Position numbers and translations under genes: made by a program. Positions 57,745-64,000 of a DNA stretch of 64,000 bases are shown here, piece by piece (the stretch's first letter is position 1; each line of letters starts with the position of its first letter). The notes below the pieces were generated by a model. That model was given only the letters and a program-made list of their open reading frames with translations, searched no databases and was not told where the DNA came from. Source of the stretch: an uncultured Chloroflexia bacterium (lineage in GTDB: Bacteria; Chloroflexota; Dehalococcoidia; UBA2979); the NCBI GenBank assembly GCA_963728205.1, contig CAVSIV010000006.1, positions 224,001-288,000 of the forward strand, given 5' to 3'.

Positions 57745-58176
57745 CTACCGGCTGCCGCTCGACGGGCTGCCGCTCGAGGCGCCGCCGAGGCGCCGCATGT
57801 CCCAGGCCCAGCCGAGCGCGAGCAACGCGATGTAGGCCGCCGTCGCCATCAGACCGGCGATGAAGTACCCGGGGCGGCCGCCGGGTCCGACGTGGTCGAG
57901 CAGCGCCACCAGCCCGATCGCGCCGATCGGGACCGCGTTGAACACGACGGCCCGGCGCGTGCGCAGCGGCCGCACGTCCTGCATCTCCGAGAAGAAGAGG
58001 ATGCCGATCAGGAAGTAGCCGCCGAGCGCCCCGGCAACCAGCGCCACGACCTCGCCGACCCCGGGCTTTCCGAGGAAGCGGAACGTCAGCTCGGCCGAAC
58101 CCCAGAGCGTGAGCGTGTACCCGAACGGCATGTCGATGCTCGTCGTGACGCGCGCGAGCGCTTTGCGGTAGGGCAT
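57745..58176 (-). CDS. Hypothetical four-TM membrane protein
   Basis: PFGYTLTLWGS motif; hydrophobic helices. Confidence 0.75.
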   Translation of the reverse strand: MPYRKALARVTTSIDMPFGYTLTLWGSAELTFRFLGKPGVGEVVALVAGALGGYFLIGILFFSEMQDVRPLRTRRAVVFNAVPIGAIGLVALLDHVGPGGRPGYFIAGLMATAAYIALLALGWAWDMRRLGGASSGSPSSGSR

Positions 58177-58233
58177 GTGTTCAGGTTAGGAACCCGGGCA
58201 ATCACCAACGGCCGGGCGCGACCGCGGCGACGG

Positions 58234-58503
58234 TCAGCGCGACCCGCGCTCGCGCTCGAGCCGCCCATAGATGCGCCAGAAGAGCGCGCCGTCGACGTCG
58301 ATGCAGAACCGCACGCGCCCGTGCGGCACGTCCGCCCCGGACCCCGGGAGCAGTTCGACGAAACCGTAGTCGCCGCCCTCGTGGAGGTAGTGCGCGAGCG
58401 TCGACGCGACGCGGACATGGTGACGCCGATCGGCGTCGGCCTTCGCCTCCGCCTGGCCGCGAGCCAGCTCATCCCGTCGCACCGCATCACGGTAACAGAA
58501 CAT
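58234..58503 (-). CDS. Small hypothetical protein, possibly SOS-regulated
   Basis: 89-aa ORF of normal composition; start codon lies inside a GAAC-N4-GTTC box. Confidence 0.6.
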   Translation of the reverse strand: MFCYRDAVRRDELARGQAEAKADADRRHHVRVASTLAHYLHEGGDYGFVELLPGSGADVPHGRVRFCIDVDGALFWRIYGRLERERGSR

Positions 58504-58510
58504 GCGTTCG
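58497..58510. promoter_or_regulatory. LexA (SOS/Cheo) box
   Basis: AGAAC-ATGC-GTTCG matches the GAAC-N4-GTTC consensus. Confidence 0.7.
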
Positions 58511-58658
58511 ATACCAAGCGAACCGTCTCACCCCCAGCCGCCCTTCAGATAACCGCGAATAGATGTGCGCGGTTCATCAATCCGCTAGGGTGCGCGCGCC
58601 GGGCGGGGCGTCACCACAGGATTCCCTGCAAACGCATCGGTCAGTGGGAGGGATCCTG

Positions 58659-60914
58659 ATGGGTATCGCTCATCTCAGACACCGCGCACGCTTCTTCGTG
58701 CTCGGCTTTGTGCTCGTGATCGCGTTCGGTCTGGTCGGAACGGCGCTCGCCGCCGCGTCGGGCAGTGCCACGCTGACGAGCCCGCAGGACATCACGGGGA
58801 GCGGCACCGCGTCGGTGCAGCTCCAGGTCTCGGCGCAGTCCGTGACGGTCGCGACGCCTACCGACGTCGTCTTCGTCATGGACCAGTCCGGGAGCATCGA
58901 CAGCAGCGAGTTCGCGCAGATGGGAACGTTCGCCAGCAACGTCGCCACGTCGCTCGTGAACGCCGGGCTGTTGACGAACGGCGGCCGCATCGCGGTCGTG
59001 CCGTTCGCGACGCAGGCCACCGTCCTGGTGCCGCTGACGAACAACCTCGGGGCGATCAACAACGCGCTGACCGTGCGCCACTACCCCGGAGGCGCAACCT
59101 ACCTGGGCGCCGCGATGACGCTCGCCAACCAGCAGCTGGGCGTGCAGCCGGCGGGGCACGCGCGCGTGATGCTGATCATGACCGACGGCGTCGCGACCGA
59201 TTCGACGGCCATCCCGGTCTCCCAGGCGAACGCGCTCCAGATCGAGCGCTTCGCCGTCGGCATCGGCAACGGCATCGACCTCAACGAGCTGAACTCGGTG
59301 TCGTCGCCGCCGCCGGGATCGCACGTATTCACCGCGGCCGACTTCGGCAGCCTGCAGTCGATCCTCGAGAGCCTGGTTGCCGCGGTGACGCAGCCGGGTG
59401 CGACCAACGTCTCGGTGACCGCCGCGGTGGCGTCGCGCTTCGGGCCCGCCACGAACGTGAGCGCCGACCTGGGGTCGGTGTCGGTCAGCGGCCAGGACGT
59501 CACGTGGACGATCCCGGCCCTCGGCACGGCGGATAACCCCGACCAGACGGCCACGCTCACGTACGACATCGCCGTGTCGTGTGACCAGGGTCCCGGCGGC
59601 ACGCTGCCGCTGCACGACGCCATCACCTACCACGACGACCAGGGCACCGCGGTGTCCTTCGACCTGCTGAGCGTGAACCTGCACGGCTGCCCGGCCGCCA
59701 TCGACCTGCAGCCGGCCAGCCAGCAGGCCACGCTGGGCACGACGCAGACCGTCACCGCGACGGTGACCGACGACTTCGGCGACCCGATCGCGAACGCGCC
59801 GGTGCAGTTCGACGTGACGGCCGGTCCCGACGCGGGCGCCACCGGTACGGCGAACACCGACGCGAGCGGCCAGGCGACCTTTGACGTGACGGGCGCCGCG
59901 ACGGGGACCGACACGGTCAGCGCCTCCACGGGGAGCCTCACGTCGCCCGACGCGACGATCGAGTGGGTCAACCAGCCGCCGGTGGCGATCGCCAACGGCC
60001 CCTACCAGGTCGACGAGGGCAGCAGCGTCACGCTGGACAGCGCTGGGTCGCTCGACCCGGACGGCCAGGCGCTGACGATTGCGTGGGACCTCGACAACAA
60101 CGGGACATATGAGACCCCGGGCGCCACGGCCGCGTTCGCCGCGGCCGACGGCCCGGCAACCGCGACCGTCGGCCTCCAGGTGTGTGATCCGTTCGGCGCC
60201 TGCGACCAGACGGCCGCGACGGTGAACATCGCGAACGTGGCGCCGACGCCCGACGCCGGCGCCGCCCAGACGGTCTACCGCAACGACGTCGTGCAACTCA
60301 CCGGGACGTGGACCGACCCGGCCGGCGCGCTCGACGCGCCGTATGCCTGGACGTGGGACCTCAACGGCGACGGCGTCTCCGACGCGTCAGGCAACGCCTC
60401 GGTCGGCGACACCGTCGCTCCGACGGCGTCGTTTGCGACCGCGGGGACGTACACGCTGACGTTCACGGTCACCGACAAGGACGGCGGCGCCGGCACGGCC
60501 ACGGTCGTGATCACCGTGCTCGATCGCGCGCCGGTGTGTGACGCCGCCGCGCCGAGCATCGCAACGCTGTGGTCGCCGAACGGCAAGCTGGTGTCGGTGA
60601 CGATCCTCGGCGTGAGCGACCCCGAGGGTGATCCGGTCACGATCCGGATCACGAGCATCACGCAGGACGAGCCCGTCGTGGAGCCCGGTGACCACCACGT
60701 CGCTCCCGACGGGTTCGGCATCGGCACCGACACCGCACAGGTGCGGGCCGAGCGCGCCGGGACCGGGAACGGCCGCGTGTACCACATCGGCTTCACGGCC
60801 GACGACGGCCATGGCGGGACCTGCACCGGCAGCGTTTCGGTGAGCGTGCCGCACGACCAGAGCGGACCGCCCGCCATCGATGACGGTGCGAACTACGACT
60901 CCACGGTGAGCTAA
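58659..60914 (+). CDS. Secreted vWA plus Ig-like/PKD-domain surface protein
   Basis: Signal peptide; MIDAS DQSGS..T..TDG; Ig-like TDASGQA; PKD AWDLD/YTLTFTVTD; SD GGGAGG. Confidence 0.9.
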   Translation: MGIAHLRHRARFFVLGFVLVIAFGLVGTALAAASGSATLTSPQDITGSGTASVQLQVSAQSVTVATPTDVVFVMDQSGSIDSSEFAQMGTFASNVATSLVNAGLLTNGGRIAVVPFATQATVLVPLTNNLGAINNALTVRHYPGGATYLGAAMTLANQQLGVQPAGHARVMLIMTDGVATDSTAIPVSQANALQIERFAVGIGNGIDLNELNSVSSPPPGSHVFTAADFGSLQSILESLVAAVTQPGATNVSVTAAVASRFGPATNVSADLGSVSVSGQDVTWTIPALGTADNPDQTATLTYDIAVSCDQGPGGTLPLHDAITYHDDQGTAVSFDLLSVNLHGCPAAIDLQPASQQATLGTTQTVTATVTDDFGDPIANAPVQFDVTAGPDAGATGTANTDASGQATFDVTGAATGTDTVSASTGSLTSPDATIEWVNQPPVAIANGPYQVDEGSSVTLDSAGSLDPDGQALTIAWDLDNNGTYETPGATAAFAAADGPATATVGLQVCDPFGACDQTAATVNIANVAPTPDAGAAQTVYRNDVVQLTGTWTDPAGALDAPYAWTWDLNGDGVSDASGNASVGDTVAPTASFATAGTYTLTFTVTDKDGGAGTATVVITVLDRAPVCDAAAPSIATLWSPNGKLVSVTILGVSDPEGDPVTIRITSITQDEPVVEPGDHHVAPDGFGIGTDTAQVRAERAGTGNGRVYHIGFTADDGHGGTCTGSVSVSVPHDQSGPPAIDDGANYDSTVS

Positions 60915-60938
60915 CCGCTCGCCGCCGGATCGCGAGCG

Positions 60939-60967
60939 CAGGGGGTGGCCGTCGCGGCCACCCCCTG
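60939..60967. terminator. Hairpin between convergent genes
   Basis: CAGGGGGTGGCCG-TCG-CGGCCACCCCCTG followed by TT. Confidence 0.6.
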
Positions 60968-60993
60968 TTGCGTCTCCGGGCGGCGGTGCTGCG

Positions 60994-61401
60994 TCAGGCC
61001 GCAGTCGCAACCTCCGAGGTGCAGAACGCACAGCGCGTCGCGGCGATCGGGATCTCGCTGAGGCAGAGCGGGCACTTGCGCGTGGTCGGGTCGGGGCTCG
61101 GGCGCGTGCGGTAGTGCTCGTTGAGCGCGTTGATCGGTCGCACGACCGCGAAGAACAGCACGAGCGCGACGAGCAGGAACGCGATCAGCGCGTTGATGAA
61201 CAAGCCATAGCGGAACACGCTGCCGTGCAGCGTGAAGGTGAGCGCCGCGAAGTCGCGCTGCCCGCCGATGGCGGCGATCAGCGGCGTCAGCAGATCCTTC
61301 ACGAACGACGTGACCACGGCGCCGAACGCGCCGCCGATGATCACGGCCACCGCGAGGTCGATCACGTTCCCGCGCAGCAGGAACTTGCGGAACTCGGTCA
61401 T
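60994..61401 (-). CDS. mscL: Large-conductance mechanosensitive channel with C-terminal zinc ribbon
   Basis: EFRKFLLRGNVIDLAVAVIIGGAF; YGLFINALIAF; CPLC..CAFC. Confidence 0.95.
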   Translation of the reverse strand: MTEFRKFLLRGNVIDLAVAVIIGGAFGAVVTSFVKDLLTPLIAAIGGQRDFAALTFTLHGSVFRYGLFINALIAFLLVALVLFFAVVRPINALNEHYRTRPSPDPTTRKCPLCLSEIPIAATRCAFCTSEVATAA

Positions 61402-61489
61402 CGCCACGGTCCTCCCCGGCGGCCGGCACAGCGCGAACGCGCGCGGCGCCCCGGTCGCCCGGCGCCCGCGGCGGCGATGGTAGCGGCGG

Positions 61490-61630
61490 TCAGTGGAGCC
61501 TGCGTAGCCGCGGTGCGAGCAGCAGCAGGAGCGCCGCTCCGCCCACGAGCAGCGTCGCCATGCCGGCGAGCGCAGAGGCTCGGAGGTACCAGCGGAAGCC
61601 GCGATTCGAGAGGGAGTCGAACGTGCGCAC
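61490..61630 (-). pseudogene. Collapsed MFS transporter remnant (N- and C-termini fused in frame)
   Basis: VRTFDSLSNRGFRWY joined to ALAGMATLLVGGAALLLLLAPRLRRLH*. Confidence 0.5.
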
Positions 61631-61782
61631 GCAGCTGACGCGCCGCCGGGCGCGGACGTGGCCAGCGAGCGGCGCTCGCGGGGCGAGGGCCGGCGCGTCG
61701 CCGGCGGCGGCGAGCGGGTCACGCAGCCCGCGTCGGCAGCGGACCGTGGCGGCGCCGGCACGCTCGAGGCGCGGGCGATGGC

Positions 61783-62217
61783 TCAGTCCGCGGCGGCGGG
61801 CGAGGGCGCGCCGGGCAACTCGACGCGCAGCATCAGCAACGCCGTCACCACCGCGTGCAGGACAGAGATGACCGTCAGCGTCCACGCGATGCGCGCGACC
61901 GACTGGCCGGCGCGGAAGTCGCTCACGAGCACGAGGAAGTAGATCACCACCGCCACGCCGACCAGGCGCGCGCCCAGCGTGCGCCAGTCCGGGTTCAGGT
62001 CGCGGAACCGCACCCGGTAGACGTACGCAACGAGGACGACGAGGTGCAGGGCCAGCAGGAAGCCCACGTAGAGCAGGGAGGGAATGCGGGCCTTCTCGGA
62101 GATCAGCGGCAGCAGCGCGAAGGCCGCGACGAACTCGGTGAGCACCTTCGCGCCGAGCAGGCCCGGGTTGTCGACGCCGAAGCGAAGACCCCGCTCACCG
62201 AATCGAATGCTGGTCAT
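61783..62217 (-). CDS. Hypothetical membrane protein
   Basis: Four hydrophobic segments; GAGG upstream. Confidence 0.75.
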   Translation of the reverse strand: MTSIRFGERGLRFGVDNPGLLGAKVLTEFVAAFALLPLISEKARIPSLLYVGFLLALHLVVLVAYVYRVRFRDLNPDWRTLGARLVGVAVVIYFLVLVSDFRAGQSVARIAWTLTVISVLHAVVTALLMLRVELPGAPSPAAAD

Positions 62218-62359
62218 GCGCGACCTCGCAGCCTCGCGGCAGGCGCCGCGTGCTGGCTCACGCTAGCGTCGACGGCTGCAGTTTGGAAGCGGCGGCGGCG
62301 GCGCCACGCGTACGATTCGCGGACCCCGCGCCCGACGCGCGGTCGGGCAGGAGGCGTAC

Positions 62360-63433
62360 GTGACGTGGTGGTCGGCGATCGAGATCGTCGCCGGGCTGGC
62401 GATCCTCTTCGTCGTGCTGCAGGACGCGTTTCGCGTCGTCGTGATGCCGCGGCCGCACTACGGGTTTGGCGTGGGCAAGGTGCTGCTGCTGATCGCGTGG
62501 CGCGTGTGGCGCCCGCTGGGCACGCGACTGCGATCGGTCGGCCGGCGCGAGAGCATGCTGGGGGCCTTCGCGCCGCTGGCACTGCTCGTGCTGCTGACGT
62601 TCTGGGTGGTCGGGCTCGTCCTCGGCTACGGGCTGCTCGTGCACGCGCTGCGCGACGAGCTGCGACCGGTGCCGGCCGACTTCGGCACGGCGCTCTACGT
62701 GACCGGGACGTCGCTGCTCACGCTGGGCTTCGGGGACATCGTGCCGACCGGCTTCGCGGCGCGCGTCGTGATCCTGGTCACCGCGGCGTCGGGGCCGGCG
62801 CTCGTCGGGCTCGTGCTGTCGCTGCTGTTCTCGCTGTACGCGTCGTACCAGCGTCGCGAGGCGCTGATCACGACGCTCGACGCGCGCGCCGGCGCGCCGC
62901 CGTCGGGCGTGCGGCTGCTGGAGACCTACGCGGCGCTCGACATGGTGGGCGACCTGCCGGCGCTGTTCGCCGAGTGGGAGCGCTGGACGGCCGAGGTGCT
63001 CGACAGCCACCTCGCCTACCCGCCGCTCGCGTTCTTCCGCTCCAGCCACGACAGCGAGTCGTGGATCAGCGCGCTCGGCGCCGTGCTCGACGCCGCCACG
63101 CTCGTGCTCTCGTCGGTCGAACGGGTGCCCGGAGGCGCGGCGCAGCTGCTCTACGACATCGGCGTGCACGCGGTCGAGGACCTCACGCACTACTTCCGGC
63201 TCACGCACGAGCACGAGATCGCCGTGGAGCCGGCGGAGTTCGCCGACGCGATCGCGGGGCTGGCGGCCGCGGGCTACGCGCTGCGCGCGCCGGACGAGGC
63301 GTGGCGCGCCTTCAGCGAGCTGCGGTCACGGTACGCGGGGCCGCTGAACACGCTCGCGCGCGAGTGGGCGACCCCGCCGGCGATGTGGATCGGCGACCGC
63401 CTGCAGCTGCGCGACCGCGAGCAGCACGCCTAG
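62360..63433 (+). CDS. Two-TM pore (potassium channel family) protein with C-terminal domain
   Basis: ALYVTGTSLLTLGFGDIVP pore motif; SHLAYPPLAFFRS; SD AGGAGG. Confidence 0.88.
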   Translation: MTWWSAIEIVAGLAILFVVLQDAFRVVVMPRPHYGFGVGKVLLLIAWRVWRPLGTRLRSVGRRESMLGAFAPLALLVLLTFWVVGLVLGYGLLVHALRDELRPVPADFGTALYVTGTSLLTLGFGDIVPTGFAARVVILVTAASGPALVGLVLSLLFSLYASYQRREALITTLDARAGAPPSGVRLLETYAALDMVGDLPALFAEWERWTAEVLDSHLAYPPLAFFRSSHDSESWISALGAVLDAATLVLSSVERVPGGAAQLLYDIGVHAVEDLTHYFRLTHEHEIAVEPAEFADAIAGLAAAGYALRAPDEAWRAFSELRSRYAGPLNTLAREWATPPAMWIGDRLQLRDREQHA

Positions 63434-63720
63434 GGAGCGGCGACGCGGGCATCCGACACGCGGGGCGCGGCGGCCCCGTGGGCGATGGCGGGCGCGGCGC
63501 GCGCGACGGCGTCGCGGAAGAGCTCGAGCGCGCCCTCGTGGCAGAGCCCGTTGACGCGGCCGGCGACGTAGTCGCCCGCGGCGAGCGCCAGCAGGCGCGC
63601 GGCCGCAGCGTCGGCATCGGGCGCGCCGGCGGCGAGCGCCGCCGCGTGAGCAGCGGCCACGACGTCTCGACGGTCGTCGGGCGGCAGGTCGGCGAGGAGG
63701 GCGGCGGTCTCGGGATCCAT
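63430..63720 (-). CDS. Small hypothetical protein with GLCHEGA motif
   Basis: Ala-rich helical ORF; GRVNGLCHEGALE. Confidence 0.55.
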   Translation of the reverse strand: MDPETAALLADLPPDDRRDVVAAAHAAALAAGAPDADAAAARLLALAAGDYVAGRVNGLCHEGALELFRDAVARAAPAIAHGAAAPRVSDARVAAP

Positions 63721-63775
63721 GTGGCGATGGTACGCCGCGGGAGCCCGCATCGCGTCTCGTCCGAAATACTTGATA

Positions 63776-63804
63776 TTGTCTACTGACTTAGTTGTGTATA
63801 GACT
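63776..63804 (+). promoter_or_regulatory. Sigma70-type promoter with overlapping inverted repeat
   Basis: TTGTCT-17 bp-TAGACT; GTCTA-N16-TAGAC dyad in an AT-rich island. Confidence 0.65.
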
Positions 63805-63859
63805 GAGCGACATCGTCGGGGCCCGCCTCGGGCTCCCGCGCACGCACGGGAGGACAGCC

Positions 63860-64000
63860 ATGATGGACACGCTTCCGCGCCCGCTCGTCCGCCGTGCCGA
63901 GGTGGCGCGCAGCCAGTGGCGCCCCTGGATCACCGCCTTTCTCGCCTCGCTGATGCTGGTCGGCGGCGGCTGGATCGCGTCGGTCTGGCCCCGGCCGTTC
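63860..64000 (+). CDS. Membrane/secreted protein (3' partial)
   Basis: SD GGGAGG; MMDTLPRPLVRR..WITAFLASLMLVGGGWIASVW; open to the window end. Confidence 0.7.
   Translation, partial: MMDTLPRPLVRRAEVARSQWRPWITAFLASLMLVGGGWIASVWPRPF

Overview
Very GC-rich (roughly 70-75% by eye) bacterial chromosomal window. The gene style (Tat-exported lipoprotein ABC binding protein, many family III CoA-transferases and acyl-CoA dehydrogenases, DUF3090, a GAAC-N4-GTTC box) suggests a Chloroflexota/Dehalococcoidia-like or actinobacterial organism; this is inference only. About 60 CDS, mostly catabolic or housekeeping (orn, ilvD, murB, corA, mscL, ggt, peptide ABC permeases, two GGDEF-EAL proteins). The main signals missed by the ORF track are: (1) a UGA-recoded selenoprotein (2378-2926, motif U-G-S-C-T-T-C, with SECIS-like hairpins) translationally coupled to a redoxin-fused, Cys-rich protein of unknown function; (2) a disrupted REP-associated Y1 transposase flanked by its inverted REP-like repeats, plus a second dispersed REP family; (3) a class I c-di-GMP riboswitch over the RBS of a low-complexity secreted repeat protein next to a PAS-GGDEF-EAL gene; (4) an orphan structured RNA candidate at 4693-4800; (5) an XRE-HTH/VapB-tail hybrid antitoxin with a PIN toxin; (6) a LuxR-HTH plus orphan KaiC-like pair; (7) a LexA-box-overlapped small ORF and a collapsed MFS remnant. 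No rRNA, tRNA or CRISPR array was seen. All family names come from motif recognition, not database searches.
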